From: an uncultured Actinomycetota bacterium
GTDB lineage: Bacteria; Actinomycetota; Actinomycetes; JAHEKZ01
DNA length: 64,000 nucleotides
Assembly: GCA_963829525.1 (NCBI GenBank)
Contig: CAWHIJ010000003.1
Span: 640,001 to 704,000, forward strand
Reading direction: 5' to 3'
Shown here piece after piece: positions 8,386-16,490 of this stretch. Each line of letters starts with the position of its first letter. Position 1 is the stretch's first letter. The notes beneath the pieces were generated by a model that was not told the DNA's origin, did no database searches, and was given only the letters and a program-made list of their open reading frames with translations. The translations under genes and the position numbers were made by a program.

Positions 8386-10904
8386 CAGGAGAGAATCCGC
8401 TCATTCTTGGGGTCGAACAGGGGCGTGGCCCCAGCGACGGCAACGGTCACCGGGTAGTGCTCGCCGAGGTACTCGACGACGAGCTTGGTGCCTTCGACGG
8501 CGTACTCCGGCGGCAGGTAGCTCATCAGCACGTGCTTGCCTATCGACGGTGCTGAGCCGGCGCTGGTGACGAACGAACGACGTCCGTGTGCGTCGGTGAT
8601 CGGCTGCTTGTCGGGTGTGAGGATCGGCTCCTTGCCCATCATGTACCGCTTCGCGCCGGTGCTGCTCGTGTGGTCGTCGACCGTGAGCGAGCACAGCTTG
8701 GCTACCGGGTCTTCATCGCGGTGCTTGAGGTGCGCCGTCTTACCGATGAAGTCAGCCGCCTTGATCTTTGGTGGCGCCATGCCGGCCTCGACCACATTGA
8801 ACTCGGTCTCGAGCTCGGTACCGAACGCGCGGTAGCCCTTCTCGATGCGACCGGTCGTGCCGTAAACACCGATGCCGACGGGGATCAGGCCGTGTTCCTG
8901 TCCGGCGTTCCAGAGTGCGTCCCACAGTTGGGCGCCCTGTTCCATCGGGACGTAGAGCTCCCAACCGAGGTCGCCGACGTAAGAGATGCGCGACGCCAGA
9001 ACCTTCAACGGTCCGATCTCGATCGTCCTGCAAGTGCCGAACTTGAAGCCCTCGTTCGAGACGTCGTCGCCGGTGATGGATTCCAGGATCGTGCGTGCGT
9101 TCGGGCCCCAGATGCCGAGGGTGGTGAGTGACGAGGTGAGATCGGTGATCTGTGCGGTGCCGTCAGCGGGCAGGTGGTCTCCGAACCACTTGAGGTCGGC
9201 CATCCCGTGTGCGCCGCCAGTGACGACCCGGAAGTGATCGTGTGCGAGGCGCATCACCGTGAGGTCGGACTTGAACCCGCCATTGGCTGACAGAACGGGT
9301 GTGTAGACCACACGGCCGACTGGCACGTCCATCTGCCGCATGCAGACGCCCTGCAAGGCATCGAGCGCACCTGGCCCCTGGATGTCGAACTCGACGAACG
9401 CGGTGAGGTCTACCAGGCCGGCAGTCTCGCGCATCTGCAAGTGCTCGGCGTTGATGATCGGCGACCACCACCGTGACTCCCACTCCGCCGTGCGAGGCAT
9501 GACGGCGTCACCGAACTTATCGACTAGACCAGCGTTGCTCTCGTACCAGAACGCACGTTCCCAACCCGCGGTTTCGTAGAACTCCGCGCCGAGTGCCTTC
9601 TGACGCTCGTAGTACGGCGACAGTCGAACGTTGCGGTTGGACGCCCACTGCTCGTTCGGGTGCACGATTCCGTAGGTCTTGTTGAAGCCCTCGGCGGTGC
9701 GCTCCTTGATGTGCTTGCGCGTCTTCTGGTGGTCGTAGAAGCGGGCGATGTCGGACGCCTGGAGGTCGATCTCGGAGTCGCCGAGCACCATCCACTCCGA
9801 CACCGCCTTGCCGATGCCGGGGCCCTCCTTGATCCAGACTGCTGAGACCGACCAGAGGTTCTTCACCTCGGGAGTTTCACCGAGCAGTGGCATGCCGTCG
9901 GGCGTCAATGAGAGCAGGCCGTTGATGGCGTACTTCTGGCCGACCGTTTCGTCGCCGACGATTTCGGGCATCAACTCGAGCGCCTGCTCGTACTGCAGCT
10001 CGAAGTCTTCGGCAGTGAACGGGAACTCGGTGGGGGACAGCTGGGCCTCTTCAACCGAGGGGAGCTCCTCCGGGTCGTGCAAGATCGCGCGGTGTGCGTA
10101 CGAGCCGATCTCAAGACCGTTGCCGTGCTGGCGCTCGTACATGTTGGTGTCCATGTCGCGCACGATCGGGTGCTCGATGTCTCCCTTGGCATCGGCGAAG
10201 CGCGGTACTGGGCCGACGTCGATCATCTGGTGGACGGCGGGAGTCAGCGGGATCGACGCTCCAGCCATCTTGGCCAGGCGCGGTCCCCACAGGCCAGTCG
10301 CGATGACGACGTACTCGGCATCGATGGTTCCCTTGTCAGTCTCGACCGCCTTGATCTGGCCGTCCTCGACGACCATGCCGGTGACCTCTGTGTTGGCAAA
10401 GGTCTGCAGCGCCCCCATGTCCCGAGCCTTCTCGCGCATGATGGTGCCGGCGCGCAGCGAGTCGACGACGCCGACGCCCGGTGTGTAGAAGCCACCGAGA
10501 ATGACGTCGGGGTCCATGTAGGGGACGAGTTCGACGCACTCTGCCGGTGTGAGCATCCGGCAGCCGTCGATGCCGAAGGACTTCGCCGACTGCATGCGGC
10601 GCCACAGCTCCTGCATGCGCTCCTCGGTGCGGGCTACCTCGATGCCTCCGCACTCGGTGAAGACGCCCATCTCTTTGTACTGACGGACGCTGTCGAACGT
10701 CAGCAGAGCCATCTCTTTGGCGTGGTCCACCGGGAAGATGAAGTTCGATGCGTGGCCGGTGGAACCACCCGGGTTGGGCAGCGGACCCTTGTCGATCTGC
10801 ACGAGGTCGGTCCAGCCGAGGCGGGCCAGGTGGTATGCCATCGAGTTGCCGACGATGCCAGCACCGATGATGACGGCCTTCGCCTGCGAGGGGAGGGTGC
10901 TCAT
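8385..10904 (-). CDS. GcvT-family FAD-dependent oxidoreductase (dimethylglycine dehydrogenase/oxidase-like)
   Basis: N-terminal GAGIVG, GGSTGHA (His at the covalent-flavin position), TPDG, C-terminal folate-binding domain (ISYVGDLGWELY, RIEKGY); 839 aa. Confidence 0.88.
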   Translation of the reverse strand: MSTLPSQAKAVIIGAGIVGNSMAYHLARLGWTDLVQIDKGPLPNPGGSTGHASNFIFPVDHAKEMALLTFDSVRQYKEMGVFTECGGIEVARTEERMQELWRRMQSAKSFGIDGCRMLTPAECVELVPYMDPDVILGGFYTPGVGVVDSLRAGTIMREKARDMGALQTFANTEVTGMVVEDGQIKAVETDKGTIDAEYVVIATGLWGPRLAKMAGASIPLTPAVHQMIDVGPVPRFADAKGDIEHPIVRDMDTNMYERQHGNGLEIGSYAHRAILHDPEELPSVEEAQLSPTEFPFTAEDFELQYEQALELMPEIVGDETVGQKYAINGLLSLTPDGMPLLGETPEVKNLWSVSAVWIKEGPGIGKAVSEWMVLGDSEIDLQASDIARFYDHQKTRKHIKERTAEGFNKTYGIVHPNEQWASNRNVRLSPYYERQKALGAEFYETAGWERAFWYESNAGLVDKFGDAVMPRTAEWESRWWSPIINAEHLQMRETAGLVDLTAFVEFDIQGPGALDALQGVCMRQMDVPVGRVVYTPVLSANGGFKSDLTVMRLAHDHFRVVTGGAHGMADLKWFGDHLPADGTAQITDLTSSLTTLGIWGPNARTILESITGDDVSNEGFKFGTCRTIEIGPLKVLASRISYVGDLGWELYVPMEQGAQLWDALWNAGQEHGLIPVGIGVYGTTGRIEKGYRAFGTELETEFNVVEAGMAPPKIKAADFIGKTAHLKHRDEDPVAKLCSLTVDDHTSSTGAKRYMMGKEPILTPDKQPITDAHGRRSFVTSAGSAPSIGKHVLMSYLPPEYAVEGTKLVVEYLGEHYPVTVAVAGATPLFDPKNERILS

Positions 10905-10954
10905 GGCTTCCCTTTCGTTTCGTTCTTCTGCGATGTGGAGATGGACGGGTCTGA

Positions 10955-11617
10955 CTACAACGACCGGCGGATCGACCCTTCGAATCCGTCGACGTGGGTG
11001 TGCATGGTGGACGCGGCACGATCGGCGTCCCCGTCGCGGATGGCTTCAAGGATGGCGCGGTGCTCGAGGACAGCGTCCTCGAGGTGGCTGACCTTGTCGA
11101 GAGCCAGGAACCAAATGCGAAGCGCGTGCATGTAGTGCTCGTCGAGCACCGACTCCAGGAAGCTGTTGTGCGCAGCCCGGTAGACGAATCGGTGGATGCG
11201 CTGGTCGATCTCGATGAGTCGGCGTCCGGCTGGCTTGACGCTGACCGCGTCGAGCTCGTCGAAGAGGGCCTCCATCTCGACCCGGTCGCCGTCGGTCAGT
11301 CGCTGGGCGGCCAGCTGGGCGGCGAACGGCTCGAGCACGCACCGGACTTCGGAGAGCGAAGCGAGGTCGCGGGCGTCAGCCGGCGCAACAAACATGCCGC
11401 GGCGCGGGTAGACCTCGACGAGCTTGGCCTGGGCCAACGCCCGAAGTGCCTCACGAATCGGGGTGCGGCCGAGTCCGAGTCGGTCCATCAGCTCAGGTTC
11501 GTCGACCAGGCTGCCCGGGGGGAGCTCCAGGGTGACGATCAGCTCGCGCAGCGCGTAGTACGCCTGCTCAGACTGCGAGCGGGCGTCGGGCTGAAGGATC
11601 TCGACCGGGGAGGTCAC
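10955..11617 (-). CDS. GntR (FadR/FCD) family transcriptional regulator
   Basis: HTH LGLGRTPIREAL, C-terminal FCD EHRAILEAI. Confidence 0.92.
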   Translation of the reverse strand: MTSPVEILQPDARSQSEQAYYALRELIVTLELPPGSLVDEPELMDRLGLGRTPIREALRALAQAKLVEVYPRRGMFVAPADARDLASLSEVRCVLEPFAAQLAAQRLTDGDRVEMEALFDELDAVSVKPAGRRLIEIDQRIHRFVYRAAHNSFLESVLDEHYMHALRIWFLALDKVSHLEDAVLEHRAILEAIRDGDADRAASTMHTHVDGFEGSIRRSL

Positions 11618-11619
11618 AA

Positions 11620-11654
11620 GAAAGATATATCAAGCAGGCTGCCCTGTGTATACC
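11620..11654 (-). promoter_or_regulatory. Candidate GntR operator/promoter
   Basis: Palindromic GATATATC (11624-11631) and GTATAC just upstream of the gntR start in GC-rich DNA. Confidence 0.45.
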
Positions 11655-11925
11655 CCTGAGGGTGACCGTTCCACCCTGTGCAACGCCCGTCGGGCCGTCA
11701 CCCCCTGCTCGCCGGTTCCCTGAACGTTCCGACGGTCACGGGGTGGGGTACATCGGCGGTTTGGTCCCATGGTCAGGCAGTGAACCGGCCCGCGTCCCCG
11801 CATGTGCGTCAGGCGGACGAGGTCAACATGGAGTGGGAGCGCCGTTACCGCGCTTGCGATCCTGGCGCCGTTTCGCCATGGACGTAGCAGTCCCACCTTG
11901 CCTGGAGGGAGCCGGACGTTCACCA

Positions 11926-11969
11926 GGTGCGCACTCGGCAGGCAAGACCGTCATTGGGGTGCGCACTCG
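11926..11969. repeat. 12-bp direct repeat with palindromic GTGCGCAC core (possible hairpin/terminator)
   Basis: ggtgcgcactcg at 11926-11937 and 11958-11969, just downstream of the pterin-binding gene. Confidence 0.4.
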
Positions 11970-11979
11970 AGGGGCTCTG

Positions 11980-12843
11980 TCAGGCCTTCGCTGCGGCTTC
12001 CTTGGCACGGTGCTGCTGGATCCAGGCCGCGCCCCACTCGTCGTGACCGAGCATGAGGTCAGCCCCCTTGACTGCGGTCACGACCTGCGGAGTGCGGGCG
12101 TCCATGATGGCGCTGGTCAGACCAGCGCGCATCGCCATCGGGATGAAGACAGCGTTCAGCGTGTGACGGTCGGGCATCCCGAAGGACACGTTCGACGCGC
12201 CGAGCGTCATGTTCACACCAATCTGGTCGCGAATCATGCTGATGGCCTCCATGGTGCGGTCGGCGTGCAGCGAGTCTGCGCCGATCGGCATCGCCAGCGG
12301 GTCGATGACGATGTCCTCGAGCGGGATGCCGTACTTCGTCGTCGCGAGGTCGACGAACTTCTTGGTCAGCTCGACGCGGCGGTCGGGGTCGATCGGTATC
12401 TCGAACTCGTCGTTGGGCAGCGCGATAATCGCGGCGTTGTGACGCTTGACCAGCGGCAGGATGAGGTCCATGCGCTCGTCCTCGACCGTCACCGAGTTCA
12501 CCAGCGCCTTGCCTTCATAGGCGCCAAGGCCAGCCTCGAGGGCCTCGACGACCGACGAGTCGATGCAGAGTGGCATGTCGGTGAGCGACTGCACCAGCTT
12601 GACCGCCTTGGCCAGCAGCTCGGCCTCGTCGGTCAGCGGAACGCCCATGTTGACGTCGAGCACCATGGCGCCGCCGGCAACCTGGGCGGCGACGTCGGTC
12701 TCGATGGCCGACAGGTCACCGGCCCGCAGCTGCTCCTGGAACGCTTTGCGTCCGGTCGGGTTGATGCGCTCGCCGATGATGCAGAACGGCTGGTCGTCAC
12801 CGATGATGACCTGCTTGCTCGCCGAGCTGAGAACCGTGTGCAT
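11980..12843 (-). CDS. Pterin-binding methyltetrahydrofolate:corrinoid methyltransferase (stand-alone MetH folate domain / AcsE-like)
   Basis: IIGERINPTG, LDVNMG, CIDSS, VNSV, IDPL, GASNVSFG. Confidence 0.88.
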   Translation of the reverse strand: MHTVLSSASKQVIIGDDQPFCIIGERINPTGRKAFQEQLRAGDLSAIETDVAAQVAGGAMVLDVNMGVPLTDEAELLAKAVKLVQSLTDMPLCIDSSVVEALEAGLGAYEGKALVNSVTVEDERMDLILPLVKRHNAAIIALPNDEFEIPIDPDRRVELTKKFVDLATTKYGIPLEDIVIDPLAMPIGADSLHADRTMEAISMIRDQIGVNMTLGASNVSFGMPDRHTLNAVFIPMAMRAGLTSAIMDARTPQVVTAVKGADLMLGHDEWGAAWIQQHRAKEAAAKA

Positions 12844-12902
12844 GCTGCTCCTGTTTCTGTGGTGGGCAGTCGCCGACGCGACTCCCGTATCGTGCCGCGA
12901 AC

Positions 12903-13361
12903 TTACGGCCGCGGCGAGTGGAACGGTGTCTGGAAGGGCCCCTCGTACTCAACGAGCGAGAGCTCGGGGTTGACTTCGTCAGCGGTGGCCAGGGACTTGC
13001 CCTGCCAGCCCGCCGGGGTCTCGCGGTCGCGCCCGGTGAGGAGGTTGGTCCAGGACGCTTCCCCCTCAAGCTGGTTGTTGACCGGAGGTCGCAGCTCGTG
13101 GATGTGCTCGCGCCAGGACTTCGGAATCAACGGGAGTGTGCGGCTGCGTTCCTCGGCCTTGACCCAGACACAGCGCATCTCAGGGACGACCTCGCAGTGG
13201 CCGTTCTCCCGCACGCCGCCGCAGGGCCCGTTGCGAAGCGTCTTGGGACAGGTCATCGGACATGTCATGCCGGTGGAGTGCAGGACACACTGGCCGCACA
13301 TGCGGCAGTCCCACACGGGTCCCTTGACCGCGTGCTCGATGATGGGCAGGAGTTTGGGCAT
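12903..13361 (-). CDS. Cys-rich MTHFR-associated (MetV-like / MTHFR C-terminal domain) protein
   Basis: CRMCGQC...CPMTCPK..RNGPCGG...CEV...CVW, 8 Cys in the family pattern. Confidence 0.8.
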   Translation of the reverse strand: MPKLLPIIEHAVKGPVWDCRMCGQCVLHSTGMTCPMTCPKTLRNGPCGGVRENGHCEVVPEMRCVWVKAEERSRTLPLIPKSWREHIHELRPPVNNQLEGEASWTNLLTGRDRETPAGWQGKSLATADEVNPELSLVEYEGPFQTPFHSPRP

Positions 13362-13365
13362 GTGA

Positions 13366-14031
13366 TCAGGCCCTGGTCAGGGCGCGTCGCTTCTCGAGGA
13401 GTTCTTTGGCGCGGCGGACGGCGGTGGAGGCGTCAGCGGCGTACCCGTCAGCACCGACGGCGTCGGCGTACTCCTGGGTCACCGGGGCACCCCCCACCAT
13501 CACGATCACCTTGTCCCGCAACCCAGCCTTCTCCAACGCGTTGATGTTCGCCTTGAACATCGGCATCGTCGTGGTCAAGAACGCACTGAACCCGACAATG
13601 TCGGGGTTGTGCTCCTCGATCGCGGCAACGAACTTCTCCGGAGCCACCTGCACCCCCAGATCAATCACCTCAAACCCAGCACCCTCCAACATGATGTTGA
13701 CCAAGTTCTTCCCAATGTCATGCACATCACCCTTGACCGTGCCCATCAAGAACTTGCCCACCGTCTCAGCACCAGTAGCAGCCAACAACGGCCGCAACAC
13801 CTCCAACGCCCCCGACATCGCCCGACCAGCGATCAACATCTCCGGAACGAAGAAGTCACCCCGCTCAAACCGGGCCCCCACCTCCTCCAACGACGGAATC
13901 AACGCCTCGAACAACAACGTCTCCGGACCCATCCCCATCCCAAGACCGGCATTGGTCAGCTCCAACACCGCAGGAGCATTGCCCACCAACGTCTCATCAA
14001 ACAAGCCCTTCAAAATCTCCTCAGGCGTCAT
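13366..14031 (-). CDS. Corrinoid (cobalamin-binding) protein
   Basis: Cap domain FVPEML, DxHxxG motif GDVHDIGKNLV, SAFLTTT, GGAPV. Confidence 0.95.
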   Translation of the reverse strand: MTPEEILKGLFDETLVGNAPAVLELTNAGLGMGMGPETLLFEALIPSLEEVGARFERGDFFVPEMLIAGRAMSGALEVLRPLLAATGAETVGKFLMGTVKGDVHDIGKNLVNIMLEGAGFEVIDLGVQVAPEKFVAAIEEHNPDIVGFSAFLTTTMPMFKANINALEKAGLRDKVIVMVGGAPVTQEYADAVGADGYAADASTAVRRAKELLEKRRALTRA

Positions 14032-14804
14032 GCCACACCCACCTTCCGGTTGCGGGGACGTTCGGCGGGATCGAGTGCGCGAGAAATGGCCCGCGTCTCA
14101 GCGATGAGAAGCCGTCCGACTCCGGCGATGCGGTTGCCCGTGAGCCGCACTGAAGGGCCGGTGACGGAGACGGCGGCGACGACGGTGCCGTCGGCATCGG
14201 TGATCGGCGCGGCGACCGCGACCAGGCCCGGCTCGAGTTCGTTGTCACTGACGGCAAACCCTCTGCGCCGTACTCCCTCGAGATCGTCTTCGAGGCGTTC
14301 GCGGGTGATCAGGGTGCGGTCGGTGCGTCGATCCAGACGCCCCCGCGGCATTTGGACGGCCCCGTAGGCCAAGAAGACTTTGCCAAGCGCCGAACAGTGG
14401 AACGGAACGTCGCGACCCACCCAGTTGACGGCGCCCAACAGGAAGCGTGAGTCGACCTGGGCAATCTGGTCGACGGCTGTTGGACCCGGAACAGCCAGGT
14501 TGACGGTCTCGCCGGTCAGCTCTCCGAGTCGAGTCAGGTGCGGCTGGGCGAGGCGGAGCAGGGCGTCAGCGCGTCCCGATCCGGCGTACCGCGCCAGGAC
14601 TGGACCGGGCCGGACGGAGGAGTCGCTGCCCCGGCGGACCAGCCCGTGTCGCTCGAGACTGGTGAGGATGCGCGACGCGGTGCTCTTGGGCAGCTCTGCT
14701 GCTGCAGCGAGCTCGGCGAATGGCACGGGGCGGTCGGACTGCAGGACGGTCACCAGCAGGGTCGACGCACGGTCGACTGCCTGTGTACCGGTGGGAGGAG
14801 GCAT
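14028..14804 (-). CDS. IclR family transcriptional regulator
   Basis: QAVDRA, LPKSTASRIL HTH, HCSALGK, AVAAPI; start set at MPPPTG; stop overlaps the corrinoid gene start. Confidence 0.9.
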   Translation of the reverse strand: MPPPTGTQAVDRASTLLVTVLQSDRPVPFAELAAAAELPKSTASRILTSLERHGLVRRGSDSSVRPGPVLARYAGSGRADALLRLAQPHLTRLGELTGETVNLAVPGPTAVDQIAQVDSRFLLGAVNWVGRDVPFHCSALGKVFLAYGAVQMPRGRLDRRTDRTLITRERLEDDLEGVRRRGFAVSDNELEPGLVAVAAPITDADGTVVAAVSVTGPSVRLTGNRIAGVGRLLIAETRAISRALDPAERPRNRKVGVA

Positions 14805-14861
14805 GGAGTTCCTGTTCTCGGTCTGCCGGTGCTGCGAGACGGGTGTGGGCAATGGAACATC

Positions 14862-14882
14862 GAGTTCTACTATGTGGAACTC
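14862..14882. promoter_or_regulatory. Candidate IclR operator in the divergent iclR/mttB-like spacer
   Basis: Imperfect inverted repeat GAGTTCTACTATGTGGAACTC. Confidence 0.6.
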
Positions 14883-14980
14883 AGATTCCACGTTGCGATA
14901 GTAGGATTTCGAATCCGGGCGGTCAAGGGATCGCGCCGACTTCCCCCGTTCAGTGGGATTTGAGTTCGAAAGGTGCGCCG

Positions 14981-16420
14981 ATGTTCGTCAACCGCATGCC
15001 GCGTTACGAGATCCTGTCTGAGGCCTCGATGGCCACGTTGGATCGCGGGTGGCGACGGATCGTGAGCGAGATCGGGATCGAGTTCTTAAAGCCCGAGGCC
15101 CTCGACCTCTTCCGTGATGCCGGGCAGAAAGTCGAGGGCGACAACGTCTTCTTCGACCCCGACTGGGTGTTGGCGCAGGTCGCGAAAGCGCCGAGAGAGT
15201 TCGACATCCAAGCGCGTAACCCCGCGAACAACGTTCACATCGGCGGAGACCACATGGTGTTCTCCAGCGTCTACGGTCCGCCGTTCGTTCGAGACGGTGA
15301 TGTTCGCCGCGAAGGAACCCTGGAGGACTACCGCAACTTTGCGAAGCTGGCTCAGTCGTTTAACGCGATCGACAGCGTCGGCGGTGTGGTAGCCGAACCC
15401 AACGACACCCCACTCGACTCACGCCACCTGGACATGCTCTACGCGACGCTGACGCTCACCGACAAGATGTACATGGGCAACGTGGTGAGCGGCGTCAACG
15501 CCCGCGACACGATCGCCATGGGCGAGATCGTCTTCGGCGGCCGCGATTCGATTGAACAGACGCCGGCGAGCATCTCGCTGATCAACTGCAACTCACCCTT
15601 GCGGTGGGATGACCGCATGTTGGATGCGCAGTTCGAGTACTCGGCGGCAAACCAGCCTGTTGTGTTGACTCCGTTCCTTCTCATGGGCGCTATGTCCCCG
15701 GTCACGATCCCTTCGGCCCTGGCTCAGCAGATCGCGGAAGCGTTGACTGGTATTGCGCTCTCGCAACTGATCCGACCTGGTTCGCCTGTCGTCTTCGGGT
15801 CGTTCCTCTCCAACATCGACATGCAGTCAGGTTCCCCGCAGTTCGGGACGCCGGAGTCGGCCATGGGCCTGCTCTGCACCGGCCAGATCGCCCGACACTT
15901 TGGGCTGCCCTTCCGTGGCGGCGGCGGCCTCAACTCTTCACAGGTGCCGGATGCTCAGGCTGCCTGGGAGTCGCTGATGACGATGATGCCGACGTTCCTG
16001 TCCGGCACGAACTTCGTGATGCACACCGCTGGCTGGCTCGAGGGTGGCCTGGTCTCGTGCTTCGAGAAATACGTCATGGACGTGCAGGTGCTCGAGATCC
16101 TGCAGAAGGAGTTCACTCCGCTCGAGATCACCGATGAAGACCTCGCGTTCGACGCGCACCAAGAGGTCGGGCACGGGGGCCACTTCCTTGGCGCGATGCA
16201 CACGATGGAACGGTTCCGCACCTGCTTCTACCGACCGTGGCTGTCCACGTCGGACAACTTCGAGCGCTGGAGCCGCAACGGCTCAAAGGACACCGCCGCC
16301 AGAGCAACTGAGATCTACCACCAGAAGATCGAGGAGTACGAGCAGCCGCCTCTCGACGAGTCGATTCGACAAGAGCTTGAGGACTACGTCATCCGGCGCC
16401 GTTCCGAGCTTGGCGACTGA
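14981..16420 (+). CDS. Trimethylamine methyltransferase (MttB) superfamily protein, non-pyrrolysine; probable glycine betaine:corrinoid methyltransferase
   Basis: INCNSPLRWD, GAMSPVT, DMQSG.P.FGTPE, DAQAAWE, HTAGWLEGGL, GHFLG..HT; no internal TAG; GAAAGG RBS before ATG 14981. Confidence 0.9.
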   Translation: MFVNRMPRYEILSEASMATLDRGWRRIVSEIGIEFLKPEALDLFRDAGQKVEGDNVFFDPDWVLAQVAKAPREFDIQARNPANNVHIGGDHMVFSSVYGPPFVRDGDVRREGTLEDYRNFAKLAQSFNAIDSVGGVVAEPNDTPLDSRHLDMLYATLTLTDKMYMGNVVSGVNARDTIAMGEIVFGGRDSIEQTPASISLINCNSPLRWDDRMLDAQFEYSAANQPVVLTPFLLMGAMSPVTIPSALAQQIAEALTGIALSQLIRPGSPVVFGSFLSNIDMQSGSPQFGTPESAMGLLCTGQIARHFGLPFRGGGGLNSSQVPDAQAAWESLMTMMPTFLSGTNFVMHTAGWLEGGLVSCFEKYVMDVQVLEILQKEFTPLEITDEDLAFDAHQEVGHGGHFLGAMHTMERFRTCFYRPWLSTSDNFERWSRNGSKDTAARATEIYHQKIEEYEQPPLDESIRQELEDYVIRRRSELGD

Positions 16421-16430
16421 CCGAATCCAT

Positions 16431-16478
16431 CAACGTGAAGGGTGGCTGGGGCTATAGCCCCAGCCACCCTTCACGTTG
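16431..16478. terminator. Perfect 48-bp palindrome between convergent genes (bidirectional terminator candidate)
   Basis: caacgtgaagggtggctggggcta|tagccccagccacccttcacgttg. Confidence 0.8.
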
Positions 16479-16490
16479 TGCTATGTCTGG

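Noticed and set aside
11690-11730. Possible cobalamin riboswitch (minus-strand GGGAACCGG...GGCCCG)
   Set aside because: The closing stem, GCCACTG and B12-box elements are missing; the resemblance is only partial.
11662-13365. 567-aa plus-strand ORF and similar long antisense ORFs (e.g. 10077-11135, 16476-17555)
   Set aside because: They shadow well-supported genes on the opposite strand, lack motifs, and are expected in high-GC DNA.
14981-16420. Pyrrolysine recoding in the MttB-family gene
   Set aside because: The ORF is open with no in-frame TAG, and no pyl genes are in the window.
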